Assembly: GCA_043739185.1 (NCBI GenBank)
Contig: JAYUEN010000180.1
Span: 1-46,830 of the forward strand
Source of the DNA: Bdellovibrionales bacterium
Lineage (GTDB): Bacteria; Bdellovibrionota; Bdellovibrionia; Bdellovibrionales; JAMPXM01
Direction: 5' to 3'
Length of the DNA stretch: 46,830 bases
Positions 38,026 to 46,397 of this stretch are shown piece by piece. Both the position numbers and the translations under genes were made by a program. Position 1 is the first letter of the stretch, and each line of letters opens with the position of its first letter. The notes under the pieces are model-generated. The model was not told the origin of the DNA. It did no database searches and worked only from the letters and a program-made list of their open reading frames with translations.

Positions 38026-39012
38026 GTGCAAAATAACACTGATTTTACAATTTCAAATTCGGTTCTCAAGCTAGTTTATGAAATGCGAAATCTCTCGCAA
38101 AAGCATTTTCTATCTGAAAATGATTCGGCGGCAGTGCAAATTCAAGAACAATTGCAAATTGCTAAAATTCAGAAATTCATCAATCAGAATGACCCCATAA
38201 AAATGATCCTGCCCGCATTTCCGGCCAAATCACCAAATCCGAAAAAAACCGTGAGCAGTCGTCCGGACTATGGTGAGGTGCTAGCACTTAAGCGTTTGAA
38301 TAATTTATGTTGCAGGATTTCTGAAATTTACAGTCCAGGAGCTCGTCTGATCATTTGCTCGGATGGGCGGGTATTTAGTGACCTTGTCAAAGTATCAGAT
38401 AGTGCGGTCGACTTGTATGGCCGTGAAATACGAAATATCATTGAAGAGCACGAGTTGAGTTTTCTTTCGACGTTTAGCTTAGAGGATATTTTTTCAGCTC
38501 ACGACTATGATTGGATGCGGACGCGCCTGGTAACTGAATACGCCGAAAGCATCGAATGTTTACGAGCGAGAATTAAGCAGGAGCCTGAGGCCAAATCATT
38601 GTTTAACGGAATTCACCGTTTTATGTTTGAGGACCAACTATATTTGAGCGCAGGAAAGTCGAAAAGCGAAATTAGGGAGCTCTCTAAACAACTCGCTTAC
38701 GAAGTCATTCAAAGAAGCAATGCTTGGAGCAAATTAGTTGAGAAAAAATTCGCGGGTGCACTTAGGCTTTCAATTCATCCACAGTCGCCACTTTCAAATA
38801 AAATCGGAGTTTCACTTTTAGCTTCAAGTGATAATTGGCGAACGCCATGGCATTCTGTGACTGTTTTTGATGGCAGTGAGTTTTACTTAAGCTCACGCGA
38901 AGCCGCTGAAGCAGCAGGCGGCAAACTTTCTTATGCATATCACAAATACCCTTACTATCTTGTCCAAAATAAGAAGACTGGGGCTTTGGCTCAGAAAGAA
39001 GCGGTTTCATGA
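38026..39012 (+). CDS. pvcA: L-Tyr/L-Trp isocyanide (isonitrile) synthase, PvcA/IsnA/Dit1 family
   Basis: MILPAFPAKSPN..K, PDYGE..AL, IYSPGARLIICSDGRVFSDLV, RSNAWS, ALRLSIHPQ, KIGV.L, W.TPWH; GGAGG RBS with GTG start. Confidence 0.95.
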   Translation: MQNNTDFTISNSVLKLVYEMRNLSQKHFLSENDSAAVQIQEQLQIAKIQKFINQNDPIKMILPAFPAKSPNPKKTVSSRPDYGEVLALKRLNNLCCRISEIYSPGARLIICSDGRVFSDLVKVSDSAVDLYGREIRNIIEEHELSFLSTFSLEDIFSAHDYDWMRTRLVTEYAESIECLRARIKQEPEAKSLFNGIHRFMFEDQLYLSAGKSKSEIRELSKQLAYEVIQRSNAWSKLVEKKFAGALRLSIHPQSPLSNKIGVSLLASSDNWRTPWHSVTVFDGSEFYLSSREAAEAAGGKLSYAYHKYPYYLVQNKKTGALAQKEAVS

Positions 39013-39797
39013 TTTATCAAAGAATGAAAACTTTCGGATCTATCACGCAAGCCGAGAAAATGAAAGCTTCTGATCTCAATTTGAGTGAGCTTGCTAAAGA
39101 GCTTTCACAAGATAAACTTCTTGTAATTCGCGGGCTGGCTCCTCTATCAAGTGAAGAGTTTTTAAGCCTCTGTTCTCGCTTTGAAGGGGTGTCTCCTATG
39201 AGTTGGAGTTTTGGACCCGTTATGGAGATGAAGGAAAGTCAGGACCCAGAAAACTATTTATTTTCTAGAGAGCGTGTTCCCTTTCACTGGGACGGCGCTT
39301 TTTATAAAGTGCCTGACTATCTTGTGTTTTGTTGTATTGAAGCGCCCACTGAAAACGCAGGGGGTGAGACACTTTTCACTTCTACGACAAAAATATTAGC
39401 AGATGCCAGCCCCGCCCAGCTTGATGTTTGGCAGCGCATGATACTAACATTTGAAACTGAAAAACGAGCGCATTATGGTGGTAAAATTCAAGGGCCTTTA
39501 GTTCAAAAGCATCCGCATACAAAACAGAATATTCTGCGCTTTGCAGAAGCTGTTGAGACCGAACTAAATCCGGTAAGTTTACAAATTAGCGGTGTTTCAA
39601 ATGACGAAGCAAGTTCGGCTTTAACAGAGCTCACGCAGAAAATCTACGATCCACTTTATTGTTATAGCCATAAATGGCAGGTGGGCGATTTAATTTTTGC
39701 AGATAATCATAGTCTCATTCATGGTCGGACTGCCTTTGAATTAAATTGTCCGAGGCATTTACGTCGAATTCAACTCATTGCAAATTTAAAGGAGTAA
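39009..39797 (+). CDS. pvcB: Fe(II)/2-oxoglutarate dioxygenase, TauD family (PvcB/IsnB-like)
   Basis: W.FGPV.E, VPFHWDGAF (HxD), GGETLF, HKWQVGD....DN..LIHGR..F, RHLRRIQ; ATGA overlap with the synthase gene. Confidence 0.92.
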   Translation: MIYQRMKTFGSITQAEKMKASDLNLSELAKELSQDKLLVIRGLAPLSSEEFLSLCSRFEGVSPMSWSFGPVMEMKESQDPENYLFSRERVPFHWDGAFYKVPDYLVFCCIEAPTENAGGETLFTSTTKILADASPAQLDVWQRMILTFETEKRAHYGGKIQGPLVQKHPHTKQNILRFAEAVETELNPVSLQISGVSNDEASSALTELTQKIYDPLYCYSHKWQVGDLIFADNHSLIHGRTAFELNCPRHLRRIQLIANLKE

Positions 39798-39801
39798 TTT
39801 T

Positions 39802-41013
39802 ATGGATCTTTTTTCTCAGAAAATAAATTCAAGCCCATTTGAATTCTCAAAAGCCATCAAGGCTAAGGGGCCGATCTTTTTCTCTCCTCTGGAGCAATTT
39901 TGGGTGGTATCAGACTACGATTTGGCAGTAACTGTTTTAAAGAGTGGCGATTTCAGTGCGGATCGCTCAGCGTTTTTTATGTCCAAAGCCTCAGGCTGTC
40001 CCTTTCATAAAGTCGCCAATTTTTTTGGAGTTGTAAAAAAAATGATGGTGACCAGTGATCCTCCTGATCATACTCAAAGACGACGTTTGGCTAGCTCTGG
40101 GATGAATGATCAAATTTTAGATCAATTTGTGCCCAATGTAAAAAGCGTCGTAGGAAATTTGCTGGATCAAATCAAAGATCAAACAAATATTGAATTTGTC
40201 GAACAGATAGCTTTGCCATTGCCTAACATCATTTTGGCAGATTTGTTTTCAATACCACCAGAGAATCGTCGCGATTTTTATCGTTGGTCAAATTATATGA
40301 CACAATTTTTCGGCGGCGGTTCAAGTGAAATTATCCGTGATGCTGAAAATGCAGATGATGGCGCTTTGCAGTTGTCTCAATATTTTACTAAGCTCATGAA
40401 AGAGCGCAAACAAAATTTGCAAAACGACTTTATTAGCAATCTTTTGCGAGCTCAAGGGAGCTTAGACGATTCTGAGCTCATTTCTCAAGCTGCGATCATG
40501 TTGGTTGCAGGCACGGTAACCACCACAGATCAAATCTGCAATAATCTCTTTTCGCTCTTGAAATCTGGCATTTATCAAAAGCTAGTTCAGGATCAAAATT
40601 TGCTCGATCAGGCAATTGAAGAGGCCACTCGCCTTGATCCTTCAGTCAACTTCATCTTTCGTGTTGCAAAAGTAGATAGCGTCTTGGCGGGTGTTGAAAT
40701 CAAGGCCGGTCAGATGGTCTTTATTTCGAATCATGCGGTCAATCGAAGTGAGAAAATGTTTAGTAAGCCTGATGATTTTGTTTTAGACAGAGAAAAGAAC
40801 CCCCATCTTTCTTATGGCTCTGGGATTCACTATTGTTTAGGAGCCAGGCTTGCCAGAATTCAGATGCGTGAACTATTTGGCCAGCTGATTTTGCGTTATC
40901 CGAATTTGAGTTTGGATTCAAAATCGAATCCAATTAAAAAACATCAAAGCTTAGCCTTTTCGGGTTATGAAACTCTGCCTCTTCAGTTGATTAATTCAAA
41001 GGAGCAAATATGA
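39802..41013 (+). CDS. Cytochrome P450
   Basis: DPPDHT..RR, I-helix AGTVTT, EEATR (ExxR), heme motif HLSYGSGIHYCLGARLAR. Confidence 0.96.
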   Translation: MDLFSQKINSSPFEFSKAIKAKGPIFFSPLEQFWVVSDYDLAVTVLKSGDFSADRSAFFMSKASGCPFHKVANFFGVVKKMMVTSDPPDHTQRRRLASSGMNDQILDQFVPNVKSVVGNLLDQIKDQTNIEFVEQIALPLPNIILADLFSIPPENRRDFYRWSNYMTQFFGGGSSEIIRDAENADDGALQLSQYFTKLMKERKQNLQNDFISNLLRAQGSLDDSELISQAAIMLVAGTVTTTDQICNNLFSLLKSGIYQKLVQDQNLLDQAIEEATRLDPSVNFIFRVAKVDSVLAGVEIKAGQMVFISNHAVNRSEKMFSKPDDFVLDREKNPHLSYGSGIHYCLGARLARIQMRELFGQLILRYPNLSLDSKSNPIKKHQSLAFSGYETLPLQLINSKEQI

Positions 41014-42173
41014 AGGTCATTTTTTGTTTACTGTCTGAACAAGGTCATATCAATCCCTATATTGGTCCCGCCCAAGCCTTGAAAAAAATGGGCCATGAAG
41101 TGCTCATCAGTTCAACTGGCGAAATTTCAGATCAAATTAAAAAAAGCGGATTGAGTTTTACAAATGCTTTGGTTCAGCCACAATCTGCGGCCGGCCCCAA
41201 AGGAAAGGCACTTATTGAGCTTATTGAAAATCGCAAAGAACATCGTGCTTTGATTGAAAAGTTTTTCTTAAAGGGAATTCGCGAGCAAGTTGCCCCTATA
41301 CAAACTTGGCTCAAGAACGAAAGGCCCGATGTCCTGGTTATTGATCCTATGAATTACTCTGCAATTATTGCAGCCGAGTTGCTTAAGATCCCGTGGGTTT
41401 CGATGTCGAGCTCTTTGACCTCAGTGATTTCAGATGAAATGAAAAGTGATGTACTCGAAATAATTGAGAGTCTGGCTCCGGCTCGTTTTGAGATATTTGA
41501 AAGCTTTGGCTTGGCGCCAAAATTTCGCGCCGTTGATTGTTTGTCTTCGTTTTTAAATATTAGTTTCACGACCAAAGAATTCATTCTCGATGCACCTGAA
41601 GATATTTGTTTGGTGGGGCCCTCTGTACCGCTTTCAAAACGAGGCGACGAGGTCAATGTGAGAAAGATACCTGGCGATAGGCCTGTGATTTATGTTTCAT
41701 TTGGCAGTCAAGTTTTTCATTACCCAGAGCTTTTTAAAAAGATTCGCGAGGCTTGCAAAAATTTAAAGTTGCATTTGGTGATGTCAATTGGAGATTTAAA
41801 AGATGATGTGAGCTGGGAAGATGAGGAGTTCGTGCATTACTACAAATATGCTCCGCAACTCGAAATTTTGCAGGCGGCCTCCCTATTTATTACTCATGGC
41901 GGCGCCAATTCAGTTATGGAGAGTCTACGTGCGGGCGTACCCATGCTCATTCACCCGCTATGCAATGATCAACATCACCAAGCACATTTTATTGAGAAAA
42001 GTGGTGTTGGACGCAGTCTCAATCTCAAAAATGCATCTGCGCAAGAAATTACAAAAGAAATTCTAGAGATTTTACAGGATCGCAAAATTAAAGTGGATCT
42101 CGAAAAGGTTACAAAAAGTTATCAACGAGATGGTTCAGCCGAAGCTGCTAAGTTAATAGTTCAAAGTTTGTAG
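41010..42173 (+). CDS. Family 1 (UDP/TDP-sugar, MGT/OleD-like) glycosyltransferase
   Basis: GHINP N-terminal His motif, VIYVSFGS, APQLEIL..ASLFITHGGANSVMESL..GVPML..P...DQ; ATGA overlap with the P450 gene. Confidence 0.94.
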   Translation: MKVIFCLLSEQGHINPYIGPAQALKKMGHEVLISSTGEISDQIKKSGLSFTNALVQPQSAAGPKGKALIELIENRKEHRALIEKFFLKGIREQVAPIQTWLKNERPDVLVIDPMNYSAIIAAELLKIPWVSMSSSLTSVISDEMKSDVLEIIESLAPARFEIFESFGLAPKFRAVDCLSSFLNISFTTKEFILDAPEDICLVGPSVPLSKRGDEVNVRKIPGDRPVIYVSFGSQVFHYPELFKKIREACKNLKLHLVMSIGDLKDDVSWEDEEFVHYYKYAPQLEILQAASLFITHGGANSVMESLRAGVPMLIHPLCNDQHHQAHFIEKSGVGRSLNLKNASAQEITKEILEILQDRKIKVDLEKVTKSYQRDGSAEAAKLIVQSL

Positions 42174-42186
42174 AAACGAATCTTGG

Positions 42187-43395
42187 TTAAAGAAATAGTT
42201 CACGACAGAGCCGAGGTTTAGAAAGGCTCTCTTCTTTCTGAGCTTTTCTTAAAGACTTGATGTTTTCGTCCTTAGTTCGGCGCTTAAGGTGGTGCGCGAT
42301 AAATTGGTCCCGTCCATTTTCGCCGGCTAGAATCTCGAGGGCCGTGACTTCTCCACCAAAAATTTCAGCGCGATGAGTATCAATTGAGATTACTTTGCGT
42401 CCATAGTAGGGATGCTTAAAATTAATTTTCGAATCAGGGGTTGGGCTATGACCGATTACAATCTGATCAACATCAAACCAAGCCAGAAGCTCTTTTAATT
42501 CCTTTCGAGTTAAACCATGCTCAGGCCGTCGGCTGGCATTTTTTCCGGTCTCGATCTTAAAGCTTCGATCTGAAAGAGGGCCGGTTACTTCTGTGAATTT
42601 TTGTTTTTTTGAAAAATCCTTTGGGTCTTTTTCTAAATCTACGATCCAGTCAAAATGCTTTGAGGGGGGATAGCCCGTTAGATTTTGAAAGAACTTAATA
42701 AACTCTCGACCAATGACATTGATATCTCCCGGATTCTGCATTGTACGAGACATATCAAGCATCGGGCGCACAAGGCCCGCATGAATAATAAGGGTGCGAT
42801 TGACTATGGTAAAAAAGTTGTTGCCTCTGAGTTCGCTTGCGTAGCGTCCATTGGCTGCGCGAAACATATGTCTTATGTGTTCATCAATTTCATTAAAATC
42901 TTTTTTTCCTGAACTGCCATCAGCGCGAGCGAAGAGTTCTTTCTCGGCTTTATCCATATGAGATTCATCACCGCCAATTGCCATCAATTCGTGGTTGCCG
43001 AGATTGATTTCAAGACTGCCTCCGCCTTGAGTAATTTTGTCTCGAAGGCTGCCGTAAACAAAATCAAGAATCAATTCAGAATCTGGATCACCATCGATGA
43101 GGTCACCATTGATGACGAGTTTCGTATCTCCGCCAATCCAATTTTCATTTCGATCAAATAGCTGCAGTTTTTTTGCGGTGAGTATTCGTAGTAAGGCTTT
43201 CATATCGCCGTGAATATCGCTGATAACAATGCTTCTGCGAACATTGGTAAAACGAAATGCAATTTGATCACGAGCATATTCAATTTGTTCAGCAGCCATT
43301 GCAATATTGAAATTAAATGAGAGCAAAACTAAGCAAGTTGTGAAAATGGCAAAGCTTCGCGAAGCAATTGATTTTTGGATCTTAAAGGGCGACAT
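42187..43395 (-). CDS. Secreted calcineurin-like metallophosphoesterase (Shewanella-like phosphatase type)
   Basis: SDIHGD, GDLID, GNHE, HAG, VIGHSP, IDT; signal peptide; ATG 43395 preferred because TTG 43413 lies inside the promoter. Confidence 0.9.
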   Translation of the reverse strand: MSPFKIQKSIASRSFAIFTTCLVLLSFNFNIAMAAEQIEYARDQIAFRFTNVRRSIVISDIHGDMKALLRILTAKKLQLFDRNENWIGGDTKLVINGDLIDGDPDSELILDFVYGSLRDKITQGGGSLEINLGNHELMAIGGDESHMDKAEKELFARADGSSGKKDFNEIDEHIRHMFRAANGRYASELRGNNFFTIVNRTLIIHAGLVRPMLDMSRTMQNPGDINVIGREFIKFFQNLTGYPPSKHFDWIVDLEKDPKDFSKKQKFTEVTGPLSDRSFKIETGKNASRRPEHGLTRKELKELLAWFDVDQIVIGHSPTPDSKINFKHPYYGRKVISIDTHRAEIFGGEVTALEILAGENGRDQFIAHHLKRRTKDENIKSLRKAQKEESLSKPRLCRELFL

Positions 43396-43408
43396 AAACC
43401 TATGAAAC

Positions 43409-43424
43409 TGCAAGTCTAAAGCCA
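43409..43424 (-). promoter_or_regulatory. sigma54 -24/-12 promoter
   Basis: Minus strand TGGCTTTAGACTTGCA (GG-N10-GC). Confidence 0.7.
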
Positions 43425-43559
43425 GTTGAACTTGCTCTTGGAGGGGATGAGGCTTAAGGGAGGCAGGTTAGGCTGAAAAACTATTGGACGGAGGGCCTGG
43501 AATCGACTTTTTGGGTGGGTTCATTTTTTCTATTGGGCAAGTTTTCAAATATTGAATTC

Positions 43560-43622
43560 GAATCAGTTTTAACGGCAGCAACAGCGGTCAACTGTTTGGC
43601 GGTTGCGGTGGTCAGGTTTCAG
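43560..43622 (-). repeat. Dispersed ~63-bp intergenic element, copy C
   Basis: Reverse complement CTGAAACCTGACCACCGCAACCGCCAAACAGTTGACCGCTGTTGCTGCCGTTAAAACTGATTC. Confidence 0.85.
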
Positions 43623-43794
43623 TGCTTCAGCTCGTACAAGCCAGCAAGCTCGCTCGGCTGACCCGCTCTAAGAGCCACAAATGGTCTACGATATTGCAAA
43701 ACTTACTTGGCCTAAACTTCAGGTAAATGCCTTATTTTATTTGGCGGTGGTGTGAAAATTGAAGCTTTTTGTGGCTAAGATATGAGGCGTTTGT

Positions 43795-44868
43795 ATGATG
43801 AAAATTAAAAGTTTAATTTGTTTATTTGTTGGTTTGAGCGGCCTTTTAGGCTGTACGAAGTCGAAAGATGGTGCGGCTCCTCCGCCGGAGGCGCCCAATG
43901 TTCAAGTATTGTCGCAAATTGCTGGTGGTACTTTTCTTCACGGAAATTCTTCAATAAATTTTTTGTTTGATGGCAGTTTTGAATTCAATCTTGAATCGGA
44001 TGTGCGTTACTGGGATCCAAATAAAAAAAATAATGATCGCAGTAAAGAATCAGATGCTCTCTGTATGCTTAAGCTAAATGGCCAAAGTTCTCAGCTAAAA
44101 AAAGAAGAAACCGATTATCCGTATCTTTATACCACTAAATTAGAGGTGACTGGTGCCATGGTGACGAGCGCTAAAGTCTTGCGTTCAGACCTTTCAAGTG
44201 TGCCTGCTAACGAGATTTGCGCAGGATTTGTATCAGAGATTTTGAAGTCCAAAAAATTTAGTCAAAGATTGGTTGAGTTTGATTCGAATCATTTGGTGTT
44301 TTTTGGTATGAGCTTTCCTATTTATAATGTAGATACTTTTTCAAACGATAGCAGCCTCTATTATTCCGAGCTTCATAAATTAAGAGAGCGCTACTCTAAA
44401 AGAAAAGCAGAATGGGCCTATACGTATTTTGTTAAAGAGGGCGCAAAAGTTGACGTGACTGCAGAAGTAATGCGCGACCTCGACGGAGAATATTTACCTG
44501 AAATTGAAATGAGTAATGTCGAGTCACTAAAGCTTAAGGTCGATGCCAAACAAAATAACATTAGTATTTCACTGGGTGCCTGCGGAACCACCCATGCCGG
44601 CGAAATCGAATTGATTTATTTTGACAGCTTTGGCTTAGAGCTCAAATTAAAGCCTCTCAAGCGCATCACTCGTGATTCTCAAACTTCGAATCATTCCCGA
44701 GATTGTGAAGGGCAACGCCAAATTGCATTGAATTTGTCGAAGTATACTTTGGGAGTCAGTTATTTTAAGCCAAAACTTGAGACTAAAACAGAGAGATCTC
44801 GACTGAGCTTTGAATTCCCATCGGATGCGCATTTGACATCAATTGGATTTATAAAGACTGGTCTCTAA
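43795..44868 (+). CDS. Hypothetical lipoprotein
   Basis: LLGC lipobox, Pro-rich linker, GAGG RBS. Confidence 0.8.
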   Translation: MMKIKSLICLFVGLSGLLGCTKSKDGAAPPPEAPNVQVLSQIAGGTFLHGNSSINFLFDGSFEFNLESDVRYWDPNKKNNDRSKESDALCMLKLNGQSSQLKKEETDYPYLYTTKLEVTGAMVTSAKVLRSDLSSVPANEICAGFVSEILKSKKFSQRLVEFDSNHLVFFGMSFPIYNVDTFSNDSSLYYSELHKLRERYSKRKAEWAYTYFVKEGAKVDVTAEVMRDLDGEYLPEIEMSNVESLKLKVDAKQNNISISLGACGTTHAGEIELIYFDSFGLELKLKPLKRITRDSQTSNHSRDCEGQRQIALNLSKYTLGVSYFKPKLETKTERSRLSFEFPSDAHLTSIGFIKTGL

Positions 44869-44998
44869 ATTAAATATTGAATAATCGCTTTACGTATTTT
44901 ATACCGGATTAATTCCGCTTTAAATTAAAGTGCTGATAGATTTCACTGATCATAGGCCTTGCAGGAGAGCATTGCACCTCTCAAACCAAGGAGACCCT

Positions 44999-45913
44999 AT
45001 GAGATTTTCTTATTTATTCATTATTGCTACATTGATCTATTCCTTTAACTCTATAGCATCAACGCAGGATTATGTCGTTGGCGGTGAGCCGGTGAAATCA
45101 AATGACCCGATTCAGGCTTCAACTGTCGGAATTTTTGAGCCGAGCCCAGATGGGCAATCAGGTTCACTTTGCACAGGGACTCTCGTTCGTAAAGATATGG
45201 CGTTAACGGCAGCTCATTGTCTCTCCGGAGATAATGGTAAGGCCTCAGTGATCTTTGGTCCAAATCTTCACTCGGCTTTGGCTCCACATCGGACTATTCA
45301 AGAAGTAGCAATCAATCCGAAGTGGGCAAATCATTCTGAAAAGAGTATGGACCAAGGCGATATTGCTTTAGTGAAATTCAAGGGCGGTCTGCCTCAAACA
45401 TACAAACCAATTGCAGCACTTGGTTCCGAAAGAGAAATAAAAGCCGGTGGAGAAGTGACGCTTGCAGGATACGGAATATCAGATGCGCAAAACAAAACCG
45501 GAGCAGGTGAGCTTCGAAAAGCTCGGGTCAGAATCGAAAAAAATCGTCCGGGAAAAAGTGAAATGATTTTAGATCAATCTCATGGCCAAGGTGCTTGTCA
45601 TGGTGACTCGGGAGGGCCAGCCTTTCTTCGCCAAGGTAAACAGATAAAGTTGGCAGGGGTCACAAACCGAGCTTACCCAAATCATGCTCCTGATGATTGT
45701 GCTCACCGTGTGGTTTATACTAAAGTTCCAGCTTATGAATCGTGGATAAAAAGCAGTGAACGCAAATTAGCAAAGGCTTCAGAGCCAAACGCGCCACTAA
45801 AAATGAAAACTAAAATGACGAGAGTTGGGCATTTGAGGAATTCAAAAATACGCGTTCAGCATGCGCGGATTAGTCGAATTCGTAGCCATCACCAGAGAAA
45901 AATGAAATCTTGA
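44999..45913 (+). CDS. Secreted trypsin-like (S1) serine protease
   Basis: VVGG mature N-terminus, CTGTL, LTAAHC, DIAL, GACHGDSGGP; AAGGAG RBS before ATG 44999. Confidence 0.95.
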   Translation: MRFSYLFIIATLIYSFNSIASTQDYVVGGEPVKSNDPIQASTVGIFEPSPDGQSGSLCTGTLVRKDMALTAAHCLSGDNGKASVIFGPNLHSALAPHRTIQEVAINPKWANHSEKSMDQGDIALVKFKGGLPQTYKPIAALGSEREIKAGGEVTLAGYGISDAQNKTGAGELRKARVRIEKNRPGKSEMILDQSHGQGACHGDSGGPAFLRQGKQIKLAGVTNRAYPNHAPDDCAHRVVYTKVPAYESWIKSSERKLAKASEPNAPLKMKTKMTRVGHLRNSKIRVQHARISRIRSHHQRKMKS

Positions 45914-45936
45914 GCTATTCAGAGTTTAGTAAATTA

Positions 45937-45968
45937 GCCTCTTACTAAAGTGATTTTTAGCAAGAGGC
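45937..45968. terminator. Hairpin between convergent genes
   Basis: GCCTCTTACTAAA-GTGATT-TTTAGCAAGAGGC, 13-bp stem with one mismatch. Confidence 0.5.
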
Positions 45969-45981
45969 CATATCAGTTTTA

Positions 45982-46242
45982 TTACTTAGCTTTTCGGTCA
46001 GAGCGAAGAGTCTTGCGAGCAGCAACACAAGTATCTGAGAATTTAAAATCCTTGTGGGCTTTTTTGTAGGCAGCTAAACATTTAAGTAGGCCTGTTCCCA
46101 CTTTTTCTGTGCCGCAACCAGCAGTGGCTGCATCCGTTGAACAAGCCGTATTAACAGCCTGGGCGTCTGAAGCTTTGCTTTCTGCTGCATTTGCAACCGA
46201 AGTCATTGCCAAAATCATACTTAAAGCGATTAGTGTTTTCAT
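45982..46242 (-). CDS. Small secreted cysteine-rich-repeat protein
   Basis: Signal peptide from ATG 46242 (AAGGAG RBS); AC..D....C......G...CL.........S..C pattern. Confidence 0.8.
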   Translation of the reverse strand: MKTLIALSMILAMTSVANAAESKASDAQAVNTACSTDAATAGCGTEKVGTGLLKCLAAYKKAHKDFKFSDTCVAARKTLRSDRKAK

Positions 46243-46397
46243 TTTTTGCTCCTTTGGTAGCTTGTGATTCTTTCCTGATGCTAGTTTAGCAAATGCGCTT
46301 AAAATCAATGTGATTCTAAAATGAAATAAATTTAATAGAGGCTTTTTGCCAGTCATTGAGAGTACTTCGTGAATACTTCAGTTGACTGGCATATAGC

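Noticed and set aside
38026..39797. Pyoverdine or paerucumarin biosynthesis
   Set aside because: No NRPS and no PvcC/PvcD flavin monooxygenase genes; the pvc symbols denote family membership only
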